A program made the translations under genes and the position numbers. A DNA stretch of 64,000 nt from Myxococcales bacterium (lineage in GTDB: Bacteria; Myxococcota; Myxococcia; Myxococcales; UBA5297), in the NCBI GenBank assembly GCA_037442205.1, contig JBBIQS010000017.1, positions 21,964 through 85,963 of the forward strand, written 5' to 3'. Positions 24,873 to 33,226 of this stretch are shown piece after piece. The notes beneath the pieces are model-generated. The model was given only the letters and a program-made list of their open reading frames with translations. It was not told the DNA's origin and made no database searches. Each line of letters begins with the position of its first letter. The first letter of the stretch is position 1.

Positions 24873-26681
24873 ATGGAGCCGTGGATTCCAGGGGCGCTGC
24901 TCGGGCGGGACGGGACGCTCTTCCGGGTGTGGGCCCCGCGCGCCGAGTCGCTGGAGCTGCTGGTCGAAGGCGAGCGCCCGACCCCCATGCGCCGCGGCCC
25001 TCAGGGGCGGTTCGAGCTCCACCGCTCCGGGGTGCGGGTTGGAGCGCGCTACCAGTACCGCTTCGCCGATGGCCGCGCCCGGCCCGACCCCGCCTCGCGG
25101 CTGCAGGAGGGCTCGATCCACGGGCCGTCGACGGTGGTCGACCCGGGCTTCGACTGGAGCGACCGGCACTGGGAGGGGCCGGAGCTGGCGCGGATGCTCT
25201 TCTACGAGCTGCACGTGGGGACCTTCACGCCGCAGGGGACGCTGGCCTCGGCGCAGCGGCGGCTGCCGCAGCTGGCCGAGCTGGGGGTGACCGCGGTGGA
25301 GCTGATGCCGCTGTCGGCCTTCGACGGGCCGCGGGGCTGGGGCTACGACGGGGTGCAGCCCTGGGCGGTGCATCAGGGCTACGGCGGCCCCAAGGCGCTG
25401 CAGCAGTTCGTCGACGCCGCGCACGCGCTGGGGCTCTCGGTCTTCCTGGACGTGGTCTACAACCATCTCGGACCCTCGGGCAGCTACCAGCGCGAGTTCG
25501 CCCCGTACTTCACCGATCGCCACCAGACGCCCTGGGGCGACGCGGTCAACTTCGACGGGCCGCAGTCGCAGCAGGTGCGCGAGTACTTCGTCGAGAACGC
25601 CCTGTACTGGCTGCGCGACTACCACCTCGACGGCCTGCGGCTGGACGCAGTGCACGGGATCATCGACGCCTCCCCGGTGCACGTGGTGCGGCAGATCGCA
25701 GAGCGAGTGGAGCGGCTGTCCAAGGAGGTGAAGCGGCGGCTGGTGGTGATCGCCGAGAGCGACCTCAACGAGCCGAAGCTGGTGCTGCCCCGCGACCAGG
25801 GCGGCTGGGGCGTGTCGGCGCAATGGAGCGACGACTTCCACCACTCGCTGCACACGCTGCTGACCGGAGAGCGCACCGGCTACTACCAGGACTTCGGGGC
25901 GCTGGAGGACCTGGCCAAGGCCTACCGCGAGTCGTTCGTGATGGACGGCCAGCTATCGAGGTTCCGCGGCCGGCCCCACGGGGCCTCGGCGCGGGGCATC
26001 CCCGGGCGGCGGTTCGTGGTGGCGTCGCAGAACCACGATCAGGTGGGCAACCGGGCGCTGGGCGATCGGCTGTCGGAGAAGCTGGATCCGGCGGCGCTAA
26101 AGCTGGCGGCGGCGGCGACGCTGCTCTCTCCCTTCCTGCCGCTGCTGTTCATGGGCGAGGAGTGGGCGGAGAAAGCGCCGTTCCAGTACTTCACCAGCTT
26201 CGAGGATCGGCAGCTGGGGCGGGCGGTGAGCGAGGGCCGGCGCAAGGAGTTCGCCGGCTTCAAGTGGTCGGGCGAGGTGCCCGATCCCCAGGCGTCAGAA
26301 ACCTTCGAGCGCTCGCGCCTCGACTGGTCGCGCCGCGAAAGCCCCGAGGGCGCACGGATGCTGGGCTACTACCGCAGGCTCATCGCGCTGCGCCAGCAGC
26401 ACCCGGCGTTGAGCAGCGACAAGTCCGAAGACCGCGAGGTGTCGCTGTCCGGCCGGACGCTGCTGCTCCAGCGGCGGGGCCGAGGGCGCGAAGCGCTGCT
26501 CTGCCTGGTCTTTTCGGCCGAGGGCGAGAAGGTGGCGCTGCCCGAGGGGCGCTGGCGGCCGGTGCTCGATTCCTGGGCGCCCGAGCACTCGGGGACGACG
26601 CAGTTCAGCCTGCCGGCGCTGGCCATCTCCGGCAGCCTGTGCCTCGGGCCCTGGCACGCGGCGATGTTCGAGCGCGCCTGA
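24873..26681 (+). CDS. treZ: Malto-oligosyltrehalose trehalohydrolase (GH13)
   Basis: Track ORF 24822..26681. The ATG at 24873 is preferred, with 24822 as an alternative. Motifs FRVWAP, DVVYNHLGP, GLRLDAVH, VIAESDLN, QNHDQVGNR, and a SQWSDDFHH-type motif. Confidence 0.85.
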   Translation: MEPWIPGALLGRDGTLFRVWAPRAESLELLVEGERPTPMRRGPQGRFELHRSGVRVGARYQYRFADGRARPDPASRLQEGSIHGPSTVVDPGFDWSDRHWEGPELARMLFYELHVGTFTPQGTLASAQRRLPQLAELGVTAVELMPLSAFDGPRGWGYDGVQPWAVHQGYGGPKALQQFVDAAHALGLSVFLDVVYNHLGPSGSYQREFAPYFTDRHQTPWGDAVNFDGPQSQQVREYFVENALYWLRDYHLDGLRLDAVHGIIDASPVHVVRQIAERVERLSKEVKRRLVVIAESDLNEPKLVLPRDQGGWGVSAQWSDDFHHSLHTLLTGERTGYYQDFGALEDLAKAYRESFVMDGQLSRFRGRPHGASARGIPGRRFVVASQNHDQVGNRALGDRLSEKLDPAALKLAAAATLLSPFLPLLFMGEEWAEKAPFQYFTSFEDRQLGRAVSEGRRKEFAGFKWSGEVPDPQASETFERSRLDWSRRESPEGARMLGYYRRLIALRQQHPALSSDKSEDREVSLSGRTLLLQRRGRGREALLCLVFSAEGEKVALPEGRWRPVLDSWAPEHSGTTQFSLPALAISGSLCLGPWHAAMFERA

Positions 26682-26692
26682 CCGCGCTCGCT

Positions 26693-28258
26693 CTACAGCT
26701 TCGGCCAGGTCGGCAGGATGTCCACCGGCAGGTCCTTGAGGGTGCCGATGCGCTTGACCAGTTCCTCGGGCGGAGCGCCGTACTTCTCGAGGAACTCGGC
26801 CAGCTCGTTGGGCGTGCCCGAGGCCTGCAGCAGGGTGAGCCGCTCGAGCAGCGCCCGCGCCGCGGCGAACAGCTTGTCACCGACCACCTGCACCCGTCCG
26901 CTGGGCTCGAGCGCCAGCGCCCCCTGCTCCTTGAGGAAGCAGTACTGGATGACGTTGGCCCGCCCGTGGGCCTCGTTGAGCCCGAAGCGGGCGGAGCGGT
27001 AGAGGCCGGCGAGGTAGCTGACCCCCAGCACGTCGGGAGCGACCTTGGGGATGCCGAACTTGCCGCCGAAGCACAGCAGGAGCACCAGTCCGCCGATGTC
27101 GGCCTTGGCCTCCTCCAGCGGCGTGTGGGCGCTGCCGCAGGCCTCGTTGATCGAGCGGCCATCGGCGCGATAGGCCGGGCCCAGCCCGTGGGTGACCTCG
27201 TGCAGCAGCACGTGGTGGAAGAAGGCGTCGAATGAAAGCTTCGCCGCCTGTTCCTTTGGGAAGACCCGCTCGGCGATCCGCCGCGCCACCACGTCGAACT
27301 TGGCGTTCATCACGTTGCGGATCAGGATCTGCTTCCAGCCGACCTGGCCGCGCACCACCGGGTCGTTGGGCAGGTTGAAGGCCGAAGCCAGGATGCCGCC
27401 GTGGCCGTCGCCGGCGGCCAGAAGCTCGTCGGCGACGATCAGCGGAGCCATCCCGCCCACCGCCGGGCGGCTGTTGGCCGGGCAGGGGATCTCGCGGGCC
27501 AGCTCGCCCAGCCCTTGCTCGATGCTCTTGAGCCGGGCGCAGGCCTCGGGGTCCACCTGCAGCAGCATCCCCTCGTAGAACGCCTTCACCCCGCGCAAGT
27601 GGTCCTGGTAGACCTCGTACGGCCCGACCACCACCTCCAGCGGCGGCAGCTCCAGCTTGACCCAGGCGATCTCCGCGTCGCGCAGCGGCTTCTTCCCGAG
27701 CAGTGCGTCGGCCTTGAGCAGGAGGTAGCTCTTGAGACCCTGGTGCTCGATGCGGGAGGCGGCCTCGCGCAGCGCCTGGGCCGCCGGCATCAGCTCGTCG
27801 GCGTAGGCCTGGGTGTAGTCGATGGCCTCCAGCTTGTCGCCGTTGCGCACCACCACCGAGCAGGGATCGAGCAGCTTCGCCTGCTGCTTGGCGCTGCAGG
27901 TCTTGAGGTAGGCCTCGAACTCGTCGGCGGAGAGGTCGTCCGGATAGACCGCCTTGCCCGGCGCCGGGGGCTGCGTTCCCGGGAGCAGCGGCCGGTCCTC
28001 GTCGAGGCGATCCCAGGGGCCCTTGTAGGTCCAGAAGGCCTTGGCCTCGTCGGTGGCCTGGTCGCGGTACTTCTCGGCCTGCTCCAGCAGCTTGCGGCCT
28101 CCGAGCTGGCGGAAGTAGAGGCGGTTCATCGCCTCCAGGGCTCGCACCAGGTCGGGCAGGGCGGCGCGCACGTCGGGGGAGAGCGAGGCCACCGGTGCTT
28201 CCAGGGCCTGGGCCGCGAGCCGCGACAGCGCGCGAGAGAGGGGAGTGGTGTCGGACAT
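26693..28258 (-). CDS. M49 (dipeptidyl-peptidase III)-like zinc peptidase, HExxH variant
   Basis: Inside track ORF 26693..28393, with ATG at 28258 (MSDTTPL). FFHHVLLHEVTHGLGP plus a second motif LEEAKADIGGL, resembling the two M49 zinc-binding motifs but with a pentapeptide HExxH. Confidence 0.55.
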   Translation of the reverse strand: MSDTTPLSRALSRLAAQALEAPVASLSPDVRAALPDLVRALEAMNRLYFRQLGGRKLLEQAEKYRDQATDEAKAFWTYKGPWDRLDEDRPLLPGTQPPAPGKAVYPDDLSADEFEAYLKTCSAKQQAKLLDPCSVVVRNGDKLEAIDYTQAYADELMPAAQALREAASRIEHQGLKSYLLLKADALLGKKPLRDAEIAWVKLELPPLEVVVGPYEVYQDHLRGVKAFYEGMLLQVDPEACARLKSIEQGLGELAREIPCPANSRPAVGGMAPLIVADELLAAGDGHGGILASAFNLPNDPVVRGQVGWKQILIRNVMNAKFDVVARRIAERVFPKEQAAKLSFDAFFHHVLLHEVTHGLGPAYRADGRSINEACGSAHTPLEEAKADIGGLVLLLCFGGKFGIPKVAPDVLGVSYLAGLYRSARFGLNEAHGRANVIQYCFLKEQGALALEPSGRVQVVGDKLFAAARALLERLTLLQASGTPNELAEFLEKYGAPPEELVKRIGTLKDLPVDILPTWPKL

Positions 28259-28399
28259 GGGCGCCTCCGGCGCGAATGGCTCGCCGAGACTTAGGGGGTA
28301 CGGTGCTCGAAAGGAAATCTCACTGGTGCGCGATGGCCCTCGACCCCGCTTTGCTCCGCTCGGCAGGCCGGCGGGCGGCGGACTCGAAGGCATTATCCG

Positions 28400-28960
28400 C
28401 TAGAAGCCCCAGGCGACCTTGGCGGAAGCCGCGATGGCATTGGCGTTGTGGACCAGCAGCGTCTCGTTGAGCACCAGGGTGCGGTGGTACTCGACCTGGA
28501 AGCCGATGGCGGTGTTGCTGGCGACGTAGTACTCGGCCCCGCCGAAGATCGGCACTACCGCGAACAGCGCGTCGGGGAACAGCCCGCTGTCCGAGCCGAA
28601 GAAGTGCAGGTAGGAGATGCAGCCGCCGACGAAGGGGCGGAAGTCCTCCTGCGAGAACAGGTAGCGCAGCCCCAGCGCCGGGAAGACGCCGATCAGGTTC
28701 TTGGGGTTGGGCATCCCGCCGCCCTCCTGGTGGAGGCCGGCCTGGGCGCGGAAGTACAGGTCGACGCCGTGGTCCAGGTAGAGGGTGGAGTTGATTCCCA
28801 GGGTCGGCCCGCTGGTGGCCCCGACCTCGGGGGTCAAATAGAAGAAGCCGGCCTCGAAGCCGATGCTGTGGTTGGTGAACTGGGCCTGGGCGCTGCCGGG
28901 GAGGCAAAGGGCGGCGAGCAGGGCCAAAGGGGCGATTCGGGTGAGAAAAGCTGCGCGCAT
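28400..28960 (-). CDS. Small 8-strand-type outer-membrane beta-barrel protein (OmpW/OmpX-like)
   Basis: Track ORF of 186 aa. Signal peptide ending AQA/QF, alternating aromatic and hydrophobic strands, C-terminal AKVAWGF. Confidence 0.65.
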   Translation of the reverse strand: MRAAFLTRIAPLALLAALCLPGSAQAQFTNHSIGFEAGFFYLTPEVGATSGPTLGINSTLYLDHGVDLYFRAQAGLHQEGGGMPNPKNLIGVFPALGLRYLFSQEDFRPFVGGCISYLHFFGSDSGLFPDALFAVVPIFGGAEYYVASNTAIGFQVEYHRTLVLNETLLVHNANAIAASAKVAWGF

Positions 28961-29021
28961 GGCGCAGAGAGTAGCCCAGATTCCCGAGTCGTTGAAAGCA
29001 CTTGCTCCAGGAGGTCGGGCG

Positions 29022-29051
29022 TTGACCGCCCGCGCGCCGGCCCTCTAAGAT
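29022..29051 (+). promoter_or_regulatory. Sigma-70-like promoter TTGACC-N18-TAAGAT placed for a (near-)leaderless transcript
   Basis: The -10 box ends 9 nt before ATG 29061, and no Shine-Dalgarno lies between them. Confidence 0.4.
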
Positions 29052-29060
29052 CGCCACCCC

Positions 29061-30101
29061 ATGAATCGTTCCCTCCTCCTCCTCGTGGCGCTGCTGGCGG
29101 CGTCGGGCTGCAAGACTGCCGCGCCCATCCATCCCCTGGCCGCCGAGCACAACACCTACGGCGCCGCCTACCTGGAGCAGGGCGACCTCGACAAGGCCCA
29201 ACAGCGCTTCGAGCTGGCCCTCGAGTACAACGACGACTACCCCGACCCGCACAACAATCTGTGCCTGGTGTTCATCAAGCGCGGCCAGCTCGATCGGGCC
29301 AAGCAGGAGTGCGTCAGGGCCATCCGGCTGAACAACGACTTCTCGCTGGCCTACAACAACCTGGGCTACATCTACCTGCAGGAGAAGTCGCTGGGGAAAG
29401 CCCACGACGCCTTCCGCAGCGCCCTGCGCATCAACCCCGGCTACATCGAGGCCCGCTACAACCTGTGCCTGGCCCTGACCGGCCTCAAGCGCCGCGAGGA
29501 GGCCCGGGTCTGCTACGACAAGGTGATCGAGGTCAATCCCAACGTCGCCGACCCGTACAACAACCTCTGCGCGATGGACATCGACGACCAGGGCTACACC
29601 GACGCGATCCAGTACTGCAACAAGGCGGTGGAGCTCGCCCCCGACTTCGCCGGGGCCTACTTCAACCTGGGGCGCGCCTACCAGGGCGCCGGCAAGCACT
29701 GCGAGGCCCAGGAGGCCTACAAGCAGTGCATCGCCATCCAGCAGAACAATGCCGAGTGCCTGAACAATCTGGCCAGCGCCCACCGCCACTGCGCCCTGGT
29801 CAGCCCCGACCTCAAGGAGATGAAGGAAGAGGCGGCCAACGACAACTCGGCAGCCAGCAACTACAAGCTCGGCCTGGCGGAGAAGGAGAAGGGGCTGATC
29901 CCCGAGGCCGAGCGGCGCTTCAAGAAGTGCCTCAAGCTCGACGGGCGCTTCGGCCTGTGCCACTGCCAGCTGGCGGAGATCAAGCACAAGGACGCCCTGG
30001 AAGACGAGGCCCGCTCCTACTGCCGCAAGTGCGTTACCTACACCTCTCCCGAACAGTCGAGCGACGAGCGCGACCTGTGCGAGAAGATCCTCAAGAACTG
30101 A
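29061..30101 (+). CDS. TPR-repeat lipoprotein
   Basis: Track ORF of 346 aa with lipobox LLAASGC. At least 6 TPR units (AYNNLGYIYLQEKSLGKAHDAFRSALRINPGY and similar). Confidence 0.85.
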   Translation: MNRSLLLLVALLAASGCKTAAPIHPLAAEHNTYGAAYLEQGDLDKAQQRFELALEYNDDYPDPHNNLCLVFIKRGQLDRAKQECVRAIRLNNDFSLAYNNLGYIYLQEKSLGKAHDAFRSALRINPGYIEARYNLCLALTGLKRREEARVCYDKVIEVNPNVADPYNNLCAMDIDDQGYTDAIQYCNKAVELAPDFAGAYFNLGRAYQGAGKHCEAQEAYKQCIAIQQNNAECLNNLASAHRHCALVSPDLKEMKEEAANDNSAASNYKLGLAEKEKGLIPEAERRFKKCLKLDGRFGLCHCQLAEIKHKDALEDEARSYCRKCVTYTSPEQSSDERDLCEKILKN

Positions 30102-30113
30102 CGCTCCGCCCTC

Positions 30114-31184
30114 ATGCCCCTTCGCTTCACCATCAAGTCCAAGGCCGAGACCGGCGAGAAGCCTCCTGAGCAGGTGGTCCTCGACGGCGAGGTTCTGACC
30201 GTCGGCCGCGACAAGGTCTGCAACCTGGTGCTGGCCGACCCGGTCGTCTCGCGCAAGCACGTGCAGCTCACTCGCGAAGGGGCGCTCTACTTCCTCGAGG
30301 ACCTGGGCAGCTCCTTCGGCACCCGCGTCAACGGCGCCCAGCTGCCCGCGGGCGAGAAGCGGCTGCTCAAGAACGGCGACGTGATCGCCGTCGGCCCCTA
30401 TGACCTGACCTTCGACCGGCTGGCGGCCCCGGCGCCCTCGGACTCGGTGGCCGCCGAGCACAAGACCCAGTTCCTGGCCAAGAACCTGGTCAAGGACGCC
30501 TTGCGCGGGCTGTCCGGCGGCAACCCTCCCTACCTGCGGGTGATGAACGGCCCGCTCGAGGGCAAGAAGGTCGAGATCCTCGAGGCCCAGGAGATCTTCG
30601 TCGGCCGCGAGGAAGGGGTGGAGATCCGGCTGGAGAACGACGACCTGGTCTCCCGCCGCCACGTCAAGGTGCGCCGCGACTGGAGCGGCATCCACCTCGA
30701 GGACTTGCAGAGTCGCAACGGCGTCCGGGTCAACAAGAAGAAGGTCAACGGCAGCCAGCCGCTCAAGGACCGCGACGAAATCGAGATCGGCAATACCCGG
30801 CTGCTGTTCCTCGATCCCAACGAGGTGCGCGAGGCGCCGGTGGTCCCGAGCGCACCGCCCAGGGTCGAGGCGCCCAAGCCAGCCCCGCCGCCTCCCGCCC
30901 CGCCCAAGCGCGAGGAGCCTGCGCCGGTCGCCGCCAAGCCGCCGCCGCCCGCCCCGGCGCCCCCGGCCCCGGAGCCAGAGCCGGAGAGTGAGCCCGAACC
31001 CGAGCCCGATCCGGAGCCGGAGGAGCACGAACACACCACCGCCGATCCGCCGCCGGCCGCCGCGCACGAGGATCCGCCCGTGGACGAGGTGCCGGCTTGG
31101 AAGAAGCTGATGCCCATCGTGGTGGTCGCCGCGGTGGCGCTGGGCGCCCTGGGCCTGTTGGCGGCGGTCTTCTTCGCCGTCTGA
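30114..31184 (+). CDS. Tail-anchored protein with two FHA domains and a Pro/Glu-rich linker
   Basis: Track ORF of 356 aa. FHA cores VGRDKVCNLVLADPVVSRKHVQL...GSSFGTRVNG and VGREEGVEIRLENDDLVSRRHVKV...SRNGVRVN. PAPPPPAPP/EPEPE linker. C-terminal TM LMPIVVVAAVALGALGLLAAVFFAV. Confidence 0.85.
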   Translation: MPLRFTIKSKAETGEKPPEQVVLDGEVLTVGRDKVCNLVLADPVVSRKHVQLTREGALYFLEDLGSSFGTRVNGAQLPAGEKRLLKNGDVIAVGPYDLTFDRLAAPAPSDSVAAEHKTQFLAKNLVKDALRGLSGGNPPYLRVMNGPLEGKKVEILEAQEIFVGREEGVEIRLENDDLVSRRHVKVRRDWSGIHLEDLQSRNGVRVNKKKVNGSQPLKDRDEIEIGNTRLLFLDPNEVREAPVVPSAPPRVEAPKPAPPPPAPPKREEPAPVAAKPPPPAPAPPAPEPEPESEPEPEPDPEPEEHEHTTADPPPAAAHEDPPVDEVPAWKKLMPIVVVAAVALGALGLLAAVFFAV

Positions 31185-31290
31185 CAGCGAGCGCTCGGAG
31201 AGCGGCCTCCCATCCAGACGCTGGATTGGCAGGCAGCGGCCATTGTGGCCTGCGCCGCCGATTCGTAGCTTCCTCCAGGGGGAAGCGGAC

Positions 31291-32682
31291 ATGGCGCTGG
31301 CTCGGTCCTTGGGAGTGGCGCTGCTCTTGATCTCCGGAGCGGCGGCGGCGGTCCCGCTGTGGCAGGAGGGCGTGCCGGCCTCGGTGCCCAAGTCGGCGAC
31401 CTTGCCCGACTTCACCAAGATCGCCCAGAAGTCGAGCCTGGCGGTGGTGGCCATCTCCACGCTTCAGGACGCCGAAGACGCCGGCAACCCGATCAAGAAC
31501 CTGCTCGACCCGCATCACTCCGAGCAGCAGAAGGGCCTGGGGGCCGGGTTCTTCATCCACCCCGACGGCTACCTGATCACCAACTCCCACGTGGTCGAGG
31601 GCGCCACCGAGATGAAGGTGGCGGTGATCAAGAAGAACGGGCGCACCCGCGACTACCAGGCGCGGATCGTCGGGGTCGATGCCGGCACCGACGTGGCGCT
31701 GCTCAAGGTCGACGGCGGCGACGAGACCTTCCCCACCTTGCCCCTGGGCGACTCCGACCAGCTGGGCCTGGCCGACTGGGTGGCGGCCATCGGCAACCCC
31801 TACGGCCTGTCCCACAGCATCACCGTGGGAGTGGTCAGCTTCAAGGGGCGCACCGACGTGGTCCCAGCCGGCCGCGACGGCTACTACGACTACATCCAGA
31901 CCGACGCCTCGATTAACCCCGGCAACAGCGGCGGCCCGGTGATCAACGTCCGCGGCGAGGTGGTGGGCATCGCCAACGCCGTCAACGCGGTGGGCCAGGG
32001 CATCGGCTTCGCCATCCCGATCAACATGGCCAAGGCGGTGCTGATGCCGCTGCTCAAGGATGGGCGGGTGCACCGCAGCTGGCTGGGGATCACCGTCGAG
32101 GACCTGCCTTCCGACGCCGCCAAGGAGCTGGGGATGCAGCCGGACGCCGACGGGGTGCTGGTCTCGGAGGTGGTCGAGGGCGGACCGGGGGCCAAGGCCG
32201 GGCTCAAGCCGGGAGACATCATCACCGCCATGGACGGGGTGACCCTCGACGACGCCCAGCGGATGCGCTGGCTGGCGGCCTCCACCGGGGTGGGCAAGCA
32301 GGTAGCGCTGGGAGTGCTGCGCGGCGGCAAGGAGGAGCAGCTGAGCGCCGAGCTGGGGGCCATGCCCGACGCCGAGCCGGCCACCGCCATCGCCCAGCCG
32401 ACCGAGGTCGGGCTCCTGGTGCGGGAGGTGGACGTGCCCACCGCGCGCTCGGCGGGGCTGGCGCTGCCGATGGGGGCGGCGGTGCGCGAGGTGCGGCCCG
32501 GCTCCGCGGCCGAGCAGGCGGGGATGCGCAAGGGGGACGTGATCCTCAAGGTGGACGACTCGAACATCACCACCGCCGAGAGGGTGTCCAAGGCGCTCTC
32601 CCACCTGCAGGGGGGCGGGGTGGCCCGGCTGGTGGTGCGCCGGGGCCAGGAGACCGTGTTCGTCGGGCTGCGCAAGCCATGA
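31291..32682 (+). CDS. HtrA/DegP-family periplasmic serine protease with two PDZ domains
   Basis: Inside track ORF 31243..32682, with ATG at 31291. Signal peptide. Catalytic triad contexts TNSHVV, DVALLKV, GNSGGPVIN. Two PDZ-like segments. Confidence 0.9.
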   Translation: MALARSLGVALLLISGAAAAVPLWQEGVPASVPKSATLPDFTKIAQKSSLAVVAISTLQDAEDAGNPIKNLLDPHHSEQQKGLGAGFFIHPDGYLITNSHVVEGATEMKVAVIKKNGRTRDYQARIVGVDAGTDVALLKVDGGDETFPTLPLGDSDQLGLADWVAAIGNPYGLSHSITVGVVSFKGRTDVVPAGRDGYYDYIQTDASINPGNSGGPVINVRGEVVGIANAVNAVGQGIGFAIPINMAKAVLMPLLKDGRVHRSWLGITVEDLPSDAAKELGMQPDADGVLVSEVVEGGPGAKAGLKPGDIITAMDGVTLDDAQRMRWLAASTGVGKQVALGVLRGGKEEQLSAELGAMPDAEPATAIAQPTEVGLLVREVDVPTARSAGLALPMGAAVREVRPGSAAEQAGMRKGDVILKVDDSNITTAERVSKALSHLQGGGVARLVVRRGQETVFVGLRKP

Positions 32683-32720
32683 AAGCGAGGGGAAAGCGGG
32701 AATTCCTCTTGCGGGCAGTG

Positions 32721-32795
32721 CCTTCGATCGGATATCAACCGCGTTTCCAAAAGTGGACCGCCGTGCGCTAACTGAGGCGTTCGGCCGATCGAAGG
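32721..32795 (+). promoter_or_regulatory. Perfect 11-bp inverted repeat whose 3' arm overlaps the Shine-Dalgarno of the downstream gene
   Basis: CCTTCGATCGG at 32721..32731 and CCGATCGAAGG at 32785..32795, 53 nt apart. GAAGGAG at 32791..32797 is the SD for GTG 32805. Confidence 0.4.
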
Positions 32796-32804
32796 AGAAG
32801 TACC

Positions 32805-33104
32805 GTGGCTGAGACCGCCAAGAAGCACCAGGGCTCGAAGGCGAAGAAGTGGAAGCGCGCGCCGCGCGGTGGCGGGAAGAAGACCTGCCAGGTGAAGGAC
32901 TGCAAGCGGCCCTACCGCGCCAAGGGCTACTGCTTCTTCCACTACGCCAAGTGGCGCGTCGGCGAGCTGCCGCACGCTCGCTACGACCGGTGCAACACCG
33001 AGAAGTGCACCAAGAAGCAGTTCAAGGCCGGGCTGTGCCAGACGCACTACAACGAGTCGATCGGCAAGAAGCCGGAAGCGGCTCCCGCTGCTCCGGCGGC
33101 CTAG
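32805..33104 (+). CDS. Small basic protein with two tandem C-x4-C-x9-C-x2-H zinc-finger-like modules
   Basis: Track ORF of 99 aa with a GTG start and a good SD. Lys/Arg-rich N-terminus, then CQVKDCKRPYRAKGYCFFHY and CNTEKCTKKQFKAGLCQTHY. Confidence 0.7.
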   Translation: MAETAKKHQGSKAKKWKRAPRGGGKKTCQVKDCKRPYRAKGYCFFHYAKWRVGELPHARYDRCNTEKCTKKQFKAGLCQTHYNESIGKKPEAAPAAPAA

Positions 33105-33226
33105 CCTAAGGTCGGATTCGCTCTCGACTTTCCGAGCGCCGCGGGGCCCTTCGACGGCCCTGGCGGCGCTCGTGTATTTGCCGCTCGGCGGCCCGCCGTC
33201 GCCGGCGGCCGCTCTCCGGGCCCGGC

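Noticed and set aside
28320-31460. 1046-aa minus-strand ORF spanning the OMP, TPR and FHA genes
   Set aside because: It crosses several well-supported genes on both strands and has antisense-type composition with no motifs.
32754-32769. TGGACCG-N4-gcGCT box inside the loop of the inverted repeat
   Set aside because: The spacing is correct but there are four mismatches in the conserved positions. At this GC content GG-N10-GC occurs often by chance. I kept it only as a caveat for the hairpin hypothesis.
32849-33109. 86-aa alternate-frame ORF overlapping the zinc-finger gene
   Set aside because: It has Arg/Ala/Gln-rich composition and no start context. The 32805 frame has an SD and a duplicated Cys/His pattern.
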